A stretch of 64,000 nt of DNA from a cyanobacterium endosymbiont of Rhopalodia gibba (GTDB lineage Bacteria > Cyanobacteriota > Cyanobacteriia > Cyanobacteriales > Microcystaceae): positions 1,824,001 through 1,888,000 of the forward strand of contig CP067995.1 in NCBI GenBank assembly GCA_045159875.1, read 5' to 3'. This document shows positions 10,781 to 22,759 of the stretch, in pieces (position 1 is the stretch's first letter; each line of letters opens with the position of its first letter). The notes under the pieces were generated by a model. That model was not told where the DNA came from. It saw nothing but the letters and a program-made list of their open reading frames with translations, and did not search any database. A program made the position numbers and the translations under genes.

Positions 10781-11767
10781 TTAAGAATATCCATGATTGA
10801 CAAACCAGGTAACAGCATCTTGTAAGGCTTGTTTAACCGATGATTGGGGTAATCCTAATTCCTTGACCGCTTTGGTTCCATCGTAGTACATCGGAAACTG
10901 AGACATTCGTACTTCATCTAATGTTAGAGATGAAGATCTTCCCAGGGAAGCTAAAAGAGATTCTTCGAGCCAAGCGATAGTTAAAGGTAGCCAAAAAGGA
11001 ACAGTTTGCCGGGGAGCATTTAATTGGGTAATGGTAGCTAATTCTTCTAATAGCCTTTTAAGGCTTAAATTTTTGTGTCCCAGGAGGTAACGTTCCCCCG
11101 ATTTCCCTTTTTCTAAGGCTAATAAATGACCCCAGGCAACATCTCGTACGTCAATTAAGTTCAACCCTGTGTCTACATAAGCAGGCATTTGACGGCGTAA
11201 AAATCTCAAGATGATCTTTCCCGTGGGAGTAGGTTTAATATCCCATGGTCCGATGGGGGTACTGGGGTTAACAATGACTATATCTTGACCATTTTGTACA
11301 GCTTTATGAGCCTCTTGTTCAGCCCAATATTTTGATTTTTTGTAGTGACCAACTAATTTCTCTACTGGACTTTGATAACTTTCATTAATGATTTGACCGG
11401 ACTTTCCTACGCCAATGGCGGCGACAGAACTTGTATAAACCGTACGTTCAATTCTAGCTTGACGGGCGGCTTCTAGAATTGAACGAGTTCCCAAAACATT
11501 ACTTTGATAGAGTTGATGGCGATCTTGTTGATAAAAAGAATAGTGAGCTGCAACGTGAAAAAGTATGTGAGTTCCTCGCATTTTTGCAGCTAAGTCGGGA
11601 CTATTCAGATCACCTTCCACCTGTTCAACATCTAGCCCTTTAAGGTTATCTAAACAACTTTTGCGACGCACTAATGCTCGCACTTGATAACCTTTTTGTA
11701 ATAACAACCGAACTAGGTTTGTGCCGACAAATCCTGTTCCTCCTGTAATAAATGCTTTAATTGTCAT
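10781..11767 (-). CDS. hpnA: Hopanoid-associated sugar epimerase / dihydroflavonol reductase-like extended SDR
   Basis: TGGTGFVG, FHVAAHY, YKKSK, and NPSTPIGPWDIKPTPTG typical of HpnA. Confidence 0.85.
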   Translation of the reverse strand: MTIKAFITGGTGFVGTNLVRLLLQKGYQVRALVRRKSCLDNLKGLDVEQVEGDLNSPDLAAKMRGTHILFHVAAHYSFYQQDRHQLYQSNVLGTRSILEAARQARIERTVYTSSVAAIGVGKSGQIINESYQSPVEKLVGHYKKSKYWAEQEAHKAVQNGQDIVIVNPSTPIGPWDIKPTPTGKIILRFLRRQMPAYVDTGLNLIDVRDVAWGHLLALEKGKSGERYLLGHKNLSLKRLLEELATITQLNAPRQTVPFWLPLTIAWLEESLLASLGRSSSLTLDEVRMSQFPMYYDGTKAVKELGLPQSSVKQALQDAVTWFVNHGYS

Positions 11768-12881
11768 TTTTGAAGTAAACTTTTTGTAATTAAATGTATT
11801 TTGACTTGTAATTGCTCAGACAATCATAATCAACGAGAGACTTTTTGTAAACGAAATATTAAGAGAAAATGTGTTAACTAAACTCTTCTTGTTGTATATA
11901 AACTAAAGTTTTTATTATACTGTGACGCACCTTTCATAAAAAAGGTTTTATTTATTCTCCTCAACTAACATCCCTTTCAATTACCTTAAAATTAATTTTA
12001 CAAATAGTCTCTACAAATTTTCTATCAATAGCAGAAAATAATATTTAATAATCCTTATCCAGAATTTTTAAATCTACTACTTATTGAATAATTCTACGAA
12101 CTACCTTTAAGCATTCAGTATTTAACCGATTTTTGGATGCCTGAATTAAAAATAAATTCACATCTTTTAAGAAATGCTCGGTCAGAAAATTAGGATTATC
12201 AAAGTTGCGTTGTTTCATTTATTCTATTTTGTTACTAAAGTGTAGAAGTATATAAAGTACTTCCTCGCAAAATTACCATAAATCTATCAGTGCTGACCCT
12301 TTGATATTCAATGAAACCAAAAATTACTTATAGACCGGCAATTAACTTATTTAACACCTATTTTTAGGACTATTTTATAATGAACTTGCCAATATAATGA
12401 GGATCCAAACTAAAATATTGTAACATTCCTAATCATTGTTATTGTTGAAATTGAATCTCCTTTGCTCATATCATCACTAATAATGTTCTAGCCCTGGCTT
12501 ATAAAATACTATCTGAAACTAGAATTTCTAGGCAATCTGCTCCGCAGATTGTTTTTGTTTCAATCACAATACAATTTTATAAAAAGGAAACGGACTCTGA
12601 AGCTTAAAGTTACTTACCGAACAGTTTTAAAATCTGTTCTCATTAAAATGAGAGTATCTACTATTCGAATTGCCTGTAAACTTATAAAGGTTAATATTGC
12701 ACAAATGTCCTTAGAAGCAATTTAACAGTTTTACTAGATATTTAATTATAATTAATAACAGAAAAAATTACTCATAGAATAAAAGTATGATAATAATTAA
12801 TTCCCCCATAAATTTAATTTCTAACATTGTAATTTTTAAGACTATTTAAATAGTATTTTTTGATTCAAGTTATAAGTTTAT

Positions 12882-13643
12882 TTAAGCGATGTTAGCCTCA
12901 ATTAATATATCAGATATTTTAAAATTTGCAGCTATATTATGTACATCTTCAAGAGCTTCTAATGTATCAATTAATTTTAATAGTGATCTGTATTGACCTA
13001 GATCATTAACTTCTATAAAAGTATTAGGAATCCATCTTAATTCTACTTCAAAAAAAATATTTTTTTTCTCTTTTAAGATTTGAGTTAGAGTGTCTAAATT
13101 AGTAACTTCACTAAAGATTTCAGCTCTCATTTCTTCTTCAGATAATTTGTAGGTGTCCGCTCCTCCTTCGACGGAAGCTTCAAGAAGAAAATCTTCATTG
13201 ACTTCTCCTTCAAGAATGACGACTCCTTTTTGGTCAAACATCCAACTTACACAACCTATTTCTCCTAAATTTCCTCCGTTTTTACTAAAAGCTTCCCTCA
13301 GATCAGCAGCCGTGCGGTTACGATTGTCGGTTAGGGCTTCAATGAGAATAGCCACGCCCCCTAATCCGTAGCCTTCATAACGGATTTCTTCATACATAGA
13401 ATCGCTATTTTCAAAGATTCCTGCCCCTTTAGCAATCGCCCGTTCGATATTTCCATTAGGAATCCCAGCGGCTTTGGCTTTTTCAATTGCAGTCCTAAGT
13501 TGAAAATTAACCGCTGGATCAGGAAGCCCATGTTTTGCTGCTATGATAATGGCACGGGACAATTGGGTAAAAGTTTTACCTTTTTTTTCATCAACTCTTT
13601 CTTTTTGGCGTTTGATATTTGCCCACTTACTATGACCTGCCAT
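12882..13643 (-). CDS. yebC: YebC/PmpR family protein
   Basis: MAGHSKWANIK, YEGYG, TDNRNRT. Confidence 0.96.
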   Translation of the reverse strand: MAGHSKWANIKRQKERVDEKKGKTFTQLSRAIIIAAKHGLPDPAVNFQLRTAIEKAKAAGIPNGNIERAIAKGAGIFENSDSMYEEIRYEGYGLGGVAILIEALTDNRNRTAADLREAFSKNGGNLGEIGCVSWMFDQKGVVILEGEVNEDFLLEASVEGGADTYKLSEEEMRAEIFSEVTNLDTLTQILKEKKNIFFEVELRWIPNTFIEVNDLGQYRSLLKLIDTLEALEDVHNIAANFKISDILIEANIA

Positions 13644-13961
13644 AACTTTTTCAAAAAACTATATATGCTGTCTCATATTACTATATTTTTAAGCAAATTA
13701 TGAACAGTTAATAGTCTGATATATTAATTGCTTAATCTTAATAACTATAATTATATTCATTCAATTAAATTATTAACTAAAGTTGATACTTATTATTTAT
13801 AATAAGTAGTCTTTCCTATTTTTTATAAGAATTGTTAGTTTAGTAAATTCAATAGTATATTTTAATTATTTACGCAATAAATGTAATTTAATGTTGCGGT
13901 TTTATTAATTGATTTTATAAAGTTAAGGTACATGATAATTATATCAAATAAAGGGTTGATA

Positions 13962-14021
13962 TTTTTATAGATATGGTTATTCAATTAATACTTAGACATT
14001 GAATAACCATATCTATAAAAA
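13962..14021. repeat. Perfect inverted repeat, 24-bp arms, 12-nt loop
   Basis: tttttatagatatggttattcaat-N12-attgaataaccatatctataaaaa. Confidence 0.92.
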
Positions 14022-14949
14022 CTCTAGATATCTGCTGATATAACAGTCTTTTAAATAACGGAAATACTAATTTTTATAGCTTTTTTTGTTTAAAATATAG
14101 ATAAGTTTTTTATTTTAATTTTTTAAAAAATTGAGTGATATAAGTGTTTACTAAATAATTTAATTTAAAACCTAAAATCTAGAGAATAGCTTATAATCGT
14201 CATCTATAAAAATAGAATATGTTTTCAATTGTTTTACTTCTCAATAAAATTAGACATAAAAACCATTTATACAAATTTATATAAATAAATCAAAAGATCT
14301 GTGTTGACTGATTTTTAACTTAATAAACTAGCGTAATTACTTCTTAAATAAAAGAGCTATTTTTTACTTAAATTATTTTTAACTAAATTGTAATATCTAG
14401 CTAATTTATTAATTTAATTTTGTAGAGTTTAAAACTTTTAATCGAATTATCTTTTGAAAATATAAAATACTACAAATATACTTTTTTAAAAAAAATGTAT
14501 TTAAATACTCATCCTATTAACATCAAATTAATCATGATTTTTTTAAAAGAAAGTTTATTTTGAGAACAAATATTCTAAAGTTATTTAGATAAATAAATTT
14601 GCTATTGGCGAATCTTTTTAAAAGTTCGAATAGAATTTAAGTTTCATTTTTAATATTACTTTACCCATTAGAAAATTGAATTACCCTAGGGATAGATAAT
14701 TAACAAAGTTTTGACTACATCCTCTTATTTGATTCTATAGTAAACGCTGAAACAGTGACAGGTTTTCTCCTTATTAGCTCAGTTTCAATATTACTTTTAT
14801 TCTCACTTCCAAACTAACTAAACTAACTCAATGACAAAATATTCTTATTTTCTTGAATTTAAATTATTTGGTAATCGCTGTTGATCTTGTTTGATTAAGG
14901 TTTTTAGCTAATGTCAAGATTAATAATTATTTTCTATATTATTAGTCAG

Positions 14950-15270
14950 TACAATTTACATTGTATTGGATAATAGACTGTTCACAATACCAAGCAAAAA
15001 TTAACCAAAAAGTGCACTCTAAAATACATATTTTTACCTAAATTATTGAACTAAAGCTGCTGCTAATCCAAAGATTATGGTATTGAGGATAATCAAAAAT
15101 ACCCCTATTATCAAAATAATCATAAGAACTGTTAATACTAATAGTATTGGTTTGACAATGGCGGACACCAATGTCTTGAAAAAAATATTAACTTCTAATC
15201 CAATCGGTAATCGAGCGACAATCAATAAACTAATGGCAGTTAATCACCATGCAATTAAGAGATTTATAAC
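14950..15270 (-). pseudogene. Phage-holin-family (YvlD/DUF360-like) membrane protein pseudogene
   Basis: AAGGAGG RBS but no intact ATG. NLLIAW*LTAISLLIVARLPIGLEV..VKPIL..NTIIFGLAAALVQ*FR shows in-frame stops and an apparent internal deletion. Confidence 0.75.
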
Positions 15271-15423
15271 TTACCTCCTTTGAATTTATTTTGATTTTAA
15301 CTGTCAATCTTAATTAATTTAAAATCATGAAAATGGTTCATTTTTTAAAATTAAATATTATTGATAAAAATAACCGTCATCTTTGCCTATTCTACGACCT
15401 TAAGATTTTTTATAAAAAGTCTC

Positions 15424-16728
15424 TTACATATCTCGATAGTTAAAAGACTTAGCATTGTCTCCTGAATAAGTTGCTACAATGTGAGCGTCTCCAATCACTT
15501 GATATTTATAGGTGACTAATCCTTCTAAGCCGACCGGACCTCTGGGAGGCATTTTTTGAGTACTAATACCGACTTCAGCCCCAAAACCATAGCGAAACCC
15601 ATCAGAAAAGCGAGTTGAACAATTATGAAATACCCCAGCTGCATCTACTTGGTTTAAAAATTTTGTAGCGGAAATATTATTTTCCGTAATAATTGCATCG
15701 GTATGTTTTGAACCATAAGTATTGATATGAGCAATCGCGTCTTCTAGGGAAGCTTCGATTTTAATTGAGAGGATAAGATCACTATATTCTGTTTTCCAAT
15801 CCTCTTCTGTTGCAGGTATTATATCGATTAATTCTTGACAGGTTTTATCTCCCCTTAATTCAACATTATTTTCTTTTAAAACTTGAGCTATCTTAGGCAA
15901 GAACTGAGGGGCAATATCTTGGTGAACTAATAATGTTTCAATGGCATTGCAAGCTGCAGGATATTGGGTTTTAGAATCTACTGTTATGGTAATTGCTTTA
16001 TTTAAGTCTGCCTGTTTATCAACGTAAAGGTGACAAATTCCATCAGCATGACCTAAGACAGGAATATTAGTATTTTGTTGAACATAGCGAACAAAACTAT
16101 TAGATCCTCTAGGGATAATTAAATCAACATCGTTTTCTAAGGCTAATAATTCTTGAATTTCTTCACGGGTAGTTAGTAATTTAATACTATCGCAATCAAC
16201 ACGAGTTTTTAAAAGTGCGTCTCGGATGACTTTAAATAGAGTTTGACATGAATTAATCGCTTCTTTTCCTCCTTTAAGAATTACCCCATTGCCAGATTTT
16301 ATGGCTAAACTAGTGATTTGAATTAAGGCTTCAGGTCTGGCTTCAAAGATAACTCCCAATACCCCCAACGGACAGGTTTTTCTCTTTAAGATTAACCCCT
16401 TATCCAACTCTCGATGGATTTGAATTATTCCTATAGGATCCGGCAATATTCCAACATTTCTTACCCCCTTAATCGTAGCTTTTAATTTGGTCTCACTAAG
16501 TTTTAAACGGTTATATAAAGGTTGAGAAATTCCTTCTTTTTTAGCATTGTTACAGTCAGATTGGTTCGAGGTAATAATCTCAGGAATTGTGTTTTCTAAG
16601 GCTTGCGCGATGGCTTCAATTGCATTATTGCGCTCGTCTATAGATAGTAATTCCAAGTTACGTGCAGCTTCACGGGTTGTCTTAGCAATTTCTGCTAAAG
16701 ATAAAGCTTTAATTGAAGTTGAAACCAT
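15424..16728 (-). CDS. proA: Gamma-glutamyl phosphate reductase
   Basis: [46 protein letters not shown]. Confidence 0.96.
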   Translation of the reverse strand: MVSTSIKALSLAEIAKTTREAARNLELLSIDERNNAIEAIAQALENTIPEIITSNQSDCNNAKKEGISQPLYNRLKLSETKLKATIKGVRNVGILPDPIGIIQIHRELDKGLILKRKTCPLGVLGVIFEARPEALIQITSLAIKSGNGVILKGGKEAINSCQTLFKVIRDALLKTRVDCDSIKLLTTREEIQELLALENDVDLIIPRGSNSFVRYVQQNTNIPVLGHADGICHLYVDKQADLNKAITITVDSKTQYPAACNAIETLLVHQDIAPQFLPKIAQVLKENNVELRGDKTCQELIDIIPATEEDWKTEYSDLILSIKIEASLEDAIAHINTYGSKHTDAIITENNISATKFLNQVDAAGVFHNCSTRFSDGFRYGFGAEVGISTQKMPPRGPVGLEGLVTYKYQVIGDAHIVATYSGDNAKSFNYRDM

Positions 16729-18634
16729 AGAATTTATAGCAACTTAAAAATTAACGTTTATTTTGATATACTATCATATCTAAAAAACTAAAAAAATTAC
16801 TATTTTTTACTTATATCTTTAATATTTTTTTATTTTTTTAGTTTTTTAGAAATAAGGAAGAGAACAAAGTAGATGAAAAAATTGTTGAATAGTGGAGATT
16901 CAGATCAGAAAAATTAACATAAAATTTGATAGCTAACTTAGGAATGAAGTTCTCTAAATCCAATATGTTGATTTTCAGTCGTTTGTGGTCATTCTATCCT
17001 AGCTGTGACAAAACCACAATTTTAAAAAGCTAAAAATCTTGCTTTATACAATCTACAAGATTACAACAACTATTTTTCTAGTTATAGAATACAGCATTTC
17101 CGTTCAATTTAAATCACTAATTTCAGAGATCTAAACAATATAAGATTAGTAGTCAGATATGAATTAGGGTGAAAGACAAAGACATATTTACGGTTGAAAT
17201 ATCTAGGCTAGGTGATAATTTTACTAAAAAAAGCAAATAACTACTAGTCTAACTTTTTAGATTGTTTTAAAAAGTAAATAAGTATATTTTCCTGGACAAC
17301 TATTTAGATAATAGAAAGACTAATCGTAATAGATGTTCTTCCCCTTATATTGATTTTCACAGTGGATTATTAAGCCTTAGAGTCAATAAAGTAATTGATT
17401 CTCTTTTCAGAAACTAACATTTTGTACATAAATATATCAAAAAATATTCCTCCTAAATCAGATCTAATAAAATTAGAACAATAGAATTAATCTAGGTAAA
17501 AATTGTTTGTCTTATATCTACTTATGTCGATACATCAAATACATCGCATAAACAATAAATGGAAAAAATTTAATTATACCAAAGAAAAAGAATATTCTAA
17601 ACTAAATTAGTAATTCAATAAATATGCAATCCAATCTATTACTTAATTTAATCACTTAGTATATTAATTTGAAATTTTTTAAAAAATCTAATTCTAATTA
17701 GAATTAGAACTTAACCAATAACCATTTTTACTAAAAGTTTCAATAAAAAATACTTATACATAATTATAAATATTATTTTAATTTATTTAGAATTTTTTTT
17801 CTAAAAAGATTAGAGTCAGTCTAAATACATTAGATACTATAAAGTGTTCTGTGAATAACTATATTTTCTTAATAAGGAGGAGAACTTATACAGATACAGT
17901 AATAGTAGATTCAGAAGTCACTCAATATTTTTTAGAAAACAAGAGTAAAGATACTGCAAAGAAGAATACTATCATGGATTTACAGTTTATTGTGAGAATT
18001 GCTAAAAAATTTTTTTAAAAAAATCTCCAAATAATAGAGAAAAGACTTAATAAAAATTCTCTTTTTAAGAAAAATAATAAAAATAAAAAAATATTAGTAT
18101 AATATTTGTCTAGTTTAACTTAAAATTAATTAATAAAAATAAAAAATTTTTACTTTTATTAAAATTGGAATAAAAGCATATAGACTTGTATTTTTTTAAT
18201 AAAAATATTATTAAAAATAAATATCATGAAACAGATTAATAAAAAATTAGACTATTCAGATAAAAATTAAAATTTATAGTTTATATTTTTTTTAAAAAAA
18301 ATAAAAGAGTATACAAGAGATATCTATAAAATTGAAATTGAGAGTAATAAGGCTTTCAATAAATTTCTAGAATAGAGAGAAACTATTTGTTGACAATTTA
18401 TAAATACACCTAATTTTAGGAGTTTCCGAAAATCTTAAAAATAATTTAAAAATCAGGTTATGATTTAAATCTAGCTCATAAAGAATTAAATACTTCCTAT
18501 ATAAAATAAATTTAAGAGAGATTTTTTGAATTAAATTTTCCAGAAAACCATCTAAATAAATATTTTTTTAAAACTCTAGAACAATTTTGTGCTTAGATAA
18601 ATAGCTAGATCATCTTTTAAATGAAAGGAATATT

Positions 18635-19561
18635 ATGACTACTAGTAAAACTAAAGCAGAGCTGTGGATTAATGAAAATATTACCCCTTGGGACATTTAT
18701 AGTCATGGAATTAAAGAAATTTTAGTTTATCAAAAAACTCCATATCAGGAGATGTATATTGTTGAAAGTGAGTCCTATGGTAAAGCATTAGTTTTAGATG
18801 GAAAATGGCAATCCTGTGTAGGGGATGAATTTATTTATCATGAAAGTTTAGTACAACCAGCAATGATTACCCATCAATTTGTAAAAAAAGCCCTCGTCTT
18901 AGGTGGTGGAGAAGGAGCGACTATTCGGGAAATTTTACGGTGGAAATCGATTGAAAAAGTGACGATGATTGACATTGATGGAGAAGTAGTAGCTGCTTGT
19001 CAAAAACATCTCCCTGAAATGCACCAGAACTGTTTTGATGATCCACGAGTAGAATTAATTATCGATGATGCTCTAAAAGTTCTAGATGAAATCTCCGGAG
19101 GATGGGATATTATCATTTCAGATTTATCTGATCCCATTGAAGAAGGTCCGTCATTCCCATTATTTACCAAAGAATATTTTGCTAAGCTGCAGAAAGTCTT
19201 ATCTCCCCAGGGTTTAGTGATTATCCAGAGTGGTCAAGTTTCTCCTCCATTTATTAAATATCACGCCCGTTTAGTGAATACTCTAAAAGCTGTTTTTCCT
19301 CAAGTTAATTCTTATTGTGCTCCTACTCCTACCTATGGTTCTCCCTGGGGTTTTGCTATCTGTGGAAATCAAGTTTTAAACACTTTCCCTGACCCAATTT
19401 TTATTGATAATTTATTAGCTACAAAAACGACAGGAAAATTACGTTTAATTGATGGGCAAACTTTATTGGGAATGTTGCAAACTCCTCTTTATATTCGAGA
19501 CGCAATTGCAAAATATACGGATGTTTATACTTTTGATAAACCACCTAAGTTCTTTAGTTAA
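18635..19561 (+). CDS. speE: Spermidine synthase / polyamine aminopropyltransferase
   Basis: LVLDGKWQ, EFIYHESL, LGGGEGAT, WDIIISDLSDP. Confidence 0.9.
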   Translation: MTTSKTKAELWINENITPWDIYSHGIKEILVYQKTPYQEMYIVESESYGKALVLDGKWQSCVGDEFIYHESLVQPAMITHQFVKKALVLGGGEGATIREILRWKSIEKVTMIDIDGEVVAACQKHLPEMHQNCFDDPRVELIIDDALKVLDEISGGWDIIISDLSDPIEEGPSFPLFTKEYFAKLQKVLSPQGLVIIQSGQVSPPFIKYHARLVNTLKAVFPQVNSYCAPTPTYGSPWGFAICGNQVLNTFPDPIFIDNLLATKTTGKLRLIDGQTLLGMLQTPLYIRDAIAKYTDVYTFDKPPKFFS

Positions 19562-19618
19562 TTATCCTGAAGTCAGCCTTTTATCCTAGTAAACCTTTTA
19601 GTTCAAATTAAATTATTA

Positions 19619-19645
19619 TCTGAATCTAATAAAATTAGATTCAGA
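19619..19645. terminator. Hairpin between convergent speE and cbiG-cobJ; probable terminator
   Basis: tctgaatctaat-aaa-attagattcaga. Confidence 0.5.
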
Positions 19646-19766
19646 GCAAAATTAGATTGCCATTTTATTAATTTAATTTTTTAAAAATTGTATTTTGCGT
19701 TTCCTCATTGTCTTCAGTTTAATCAAGTCTAAGTTCAAAGATAAATATTTATGTTAGTTATCGATT

Positions 19767-21614
19767 TTAATCATATCCCCTAGGTGTAATCATCCAACCC
19801 TTATAGCTATAAGTACTAGAATTACCAATAATAACTGTGGTTAACATATCAATAGTAAAATTGAGCATTTCTCCAAGGGAAGTTAAGGTTATCTTCTCGT
19901 CTGGACGATAAGCAGAACGAACTAAAGCTACCGGAGTTTTAGGATTACGATATTTTAAAAAAACTTCTTGTACATAAATAATTTGTTTAGTTCTTGTTCG
20001 TGAGCGTGGGTTATAAATAGCCGTTATAAAGTCCTCCTTTGCTGCTGCCACTAACCGTTTTCTAATTACTTCCCAAGGAGTTAATAAGTCACTTAAACTA
20101 ATGGCACAAAAATCGTGCATCAAAGGCGCACCTACCCTAGATGCTGATGCTTGTAAAGAAGTAATTCCTGGAAAGATTTCTACTTGAGGGATGTTACCAT
20201 CCCAATTTCTTTTTTGTAGTTCTTCTAACACTAATCCTGCCATTCCATAAATACCACAATCTCCTGAAGATACTACCGCTACTGTCAACCCCCATTTTGC
20301 TAATTCTATCGCTCTAGTAGCTCGTTTTTTTTCTTGAGTAATTGGTAATGCTTCGATAATTTGTCCAGGGCGTTGTAAAGGTTTAATCAAGTCTATATAT
20401 AAAGAATAACCAATAATTACATCCGCTTGAGTAATAGCTGTTTTTGCCGCCGGAGTAATTTGTGCTAAACTCCCTGGACCAGTTCCGATTAAATATAGTT
20501 TTCCAGTCCTTCCAGTATATTCTCGACTAGATTGAGCAACTGCTATCGTTACTGTACCTTCATTCTCTGACTGAATAATTTGTTTAGAGACTAAAAGAAA
20601 ATTAGAAGAAGAATTAGCTGCAGCAATAGCAGATGCTTCAGCAACACTGGGAGTTCCTACCTCTTGTTGAACAATAGTTGAAGGGTTAGGAACTTCTATT
20701 TCTATTAAAATGTTAGCAGGAAAAAATTTTAAAGGTAATTGTCTTTTTTTACAGTACTGTACTAATCCTATTTCATCAGATTTTACGTCAATTGTTGCTA
20801 TTCCTGCTATAGCATCGTTCGCTAAATTATACTGTTTAAATACTTTATGAATTGCCTTGTTAATTAAGCTTTCAGCAGTTCCTCTAATGCACCCGATTCC
20901 GACCCATAGTATCCGAGGATGCCATTGTACTTTAGAAGACTTTAAGTCGGATGAAAATTGTCTTTTAGTGGCACTGATCCAAATCTGTCCTGAAAATTTA
21001 ATAGCTTCATTAAATTTAGGAAATCCAAAATAAAAAGGATGATTAGAAGGTAAATTATCTTGCCAAAGAGTTGAACCAACTTCTTGAATAACTTGTACTG
21101 TTTCTCCACGAGAAATAAGGCTACTAACTTTTTTCCAATTTCCTTCTCCCTTGCGCCAGCCAAAAGGTGATCCTAAAACATCAATTCCTGGCAAATCTAA
21201 ATTGTTAGTTGCTCCTGTAATAATAGGAGTTGTATTAAGTTGATGAGCAATTAATTGAGTTAAGTGATCTGCTCCTCCTTGATGTCCACTGCATAAGCTA
21301 ATTACAAACTTCCCCGTTGGATCAATAACAAGAATAGCTGGATCACTAGATTTATCATGTAGTAAATGAGAAATTAAACGAACTACTGCTCCTGTTGCTA
21401 ATCCAAAAATAAAGACTTTGTTCTGACTCCAAATAGAAGTTAAATAGTCTTTAAGAGAACCTTGATAAACTTGAGCATTATTTAGTCCAGTTTGATGACT
21501 TGGAACATGAAGCGTTGCCCCAATTTGTTGACATAATGGGTGTAGAGTCTTGATAGCTCTAGGAGTCGTTGCGATGACGGCAATGGGACAAAAAGGTTTA
21601 AACGTAGATATCAT
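19767..21614 (-). CDS. cobJ: CbiG - precorrin-3B C17-methyltransferase (CobJ/CbiH) fusion
   Basis: CbiG part (GAVVR, DPAILVID, SGHQGGA, VGIGC, GTPSVAEA) fused to CobJ part (GTGPGS, SSGDCGIYGM, HDFCAISLSDLLTPW, MITPRGY). Confidence 0.94.
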   Translation of the reverse strand: MISTFKPFCPIAVIATTPRAIKTLHPLCQQIGATLHVPSHQTGLNNAQVYQGSLKDYLTSIWSQNKVFIFGLATGAVVRLISHLLHDKSSDPAILVIDPTGKFVISLCSGHQGGADHLTQLIAHQLNTTPIITGATNNLDLPGIDVLGSPFGWRKGEGNWKKVSSLISRGETVQVIQEVGSTLWQDNLPSNHPFYFGFPKFNEAIKFSGQIWISATKRQFSSDLKSSKVQWHPRILWVGIGCIRGTAESLINKAIHKVFKQYNLANDAIAGIATIDVKSDEIGLVQYCKKRQLPLKFFPANILIEIEVPNPSTIVQQEVGTPSVAEASAIAAANSSSNFLLVSKQIIQSENEGTVTIAVAQSSREYTGRTGKLYLIGTGPGSLAQITPAAKTAITQADVIIGYSLYIDLIKPLQRPGQIIEALPITQEKKRATRAIELAKWGLTVAVVSSGDCGIYGMAGLVLEELQKRNWDGNIPQVEIFPGITSLQASASRVGAPLMHDFCAISLSDLLTPWEVIRKRLVAAAKEDFITAIYNPRSRTRTKQIIYVQEVFLKYRNPKTPVALVRSAYRPDEKITLTSLGEMLNFTIDMLTTVIIGNSSTYSYKGWMITPRGYD

Positions 21615-21733
21615 ATGTGAGTTAATAATTAATAGTTATTCGTTATTAAACGGTTACTTTTTTAGTTTCATGGGAATTTTGTATATACTATATACTGACT
21701 AAAATTATATATAATCCGGATGGAATCGTTGTT

Positions 21734-22102
21734 GTGACCTATAAGGAATTGTGTCTGTTATTATTTTCAGTGCTAACGAGTACCATGGGGCAGTTATTCT
21801 TAAAGCTAGGGGCAACTAAGCTAGGTAAAGTAAACGCAGATAATGTGGTTAGTCACATTTTGAATATCGTCATGACCCCAGAATTATTGGCGGGATTATC
21901 CTGCTATGGGTTAGGAGCGATCGCTTATATTCTCCTATTAACCCGTGTTCAATTGAGTATCGCTGGTCCTTCTGCGGCGTTAATTTATGTGTTTTCGGTT
22001 TTAATTGGCTATTTCTTCTTTCAAGAGTCAATCCCTGTATATCGTGCCTGTGGGTTAGGATTTATTATTTGTGGGGTTATTTTAGTCGTTTGGAAAGCTT
22101 AA
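21734..22102 (+). CDS. Small EamA/SMR-like (DMT superfamily) membrane transporter
   Basis: 122 aa, four hydrophobic segments, GQLFLKLG motif as in ArnE/F-like proteins. Confidence 0.75.
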   Translation: MTYKELCLLLFSVLTSTMGQLFLKLGATKLGKVNADNVVSHILNIVMTPELLAGLSCYGLGAIAYILLLTRVQLSIAGPSAALIYVFSVLIGYFFFQESIPVYRACGLGFIICGVILVVWKA

Positions 22103-22254
22103 GACTAATCTCTATTATGTCACTTTAGACTATTGAGTGAGGTATTTATGAGATTTAACTGCTTTTGTTTCCTTTGGACTTGCGACTTTTAAAAGTATCC
22201 CCTTGTGCAATCGATAAAAATTATGCTACAATAGCTAGTTGTTGAGACAAACAT

Positions 22255-22328
22255 GGGACTGTAGCTTAGTGGATTAGAGCGCGTGGCTACGAACCACGAG
22301 GTCGGGGGTTCGAGTCCCTCCAGTCCCG
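22255..22328 (+). tRNA. trnR: tRNA-Arg(ACG)
   Basis: Acceptor stem GGGACTG/CAGTCCC, anticodon arm CGTGG-CTACGAA-CCACG, T-loop TTCGAGT. Confidence 0.97.
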
Positions 22329-22759
22329 TATTTATTAAAACTTAATAAAGTTAAGATTAATCATTCTTCCAGACCAGTGTTTTTTTAACTACTGACATTG
22401 ACTTGTCTTATTGTTTTTAGTACGGAAGAGCTGAATTAACAAGTATAGTCAACTCTCCTAACCAGATTGATCGTGTAAGTGGAGTCTGAACTATTTATGG
22501 GGTTAGTCAAAATTTATCGCAGATAGGGATTGTGAACAATGAAACAAACCCCTCTAGATTCTGGTTAGAATAGCTAATTGATATTTGCGGCTCCCTCAAG
22601 CTTATTGTTAGTCAAAACTGAATCACTAGAAACTTATTTATCTGTTATTGAATAGGGTAAAAAGAGTGATATTCTAATCTACCTGACCGATCTAAAATTA
22701 TGAGGAATAATCCTCCTAGAAACCAGTAAAGGCAACCAACCCTCAAGGTTAACTTATCC

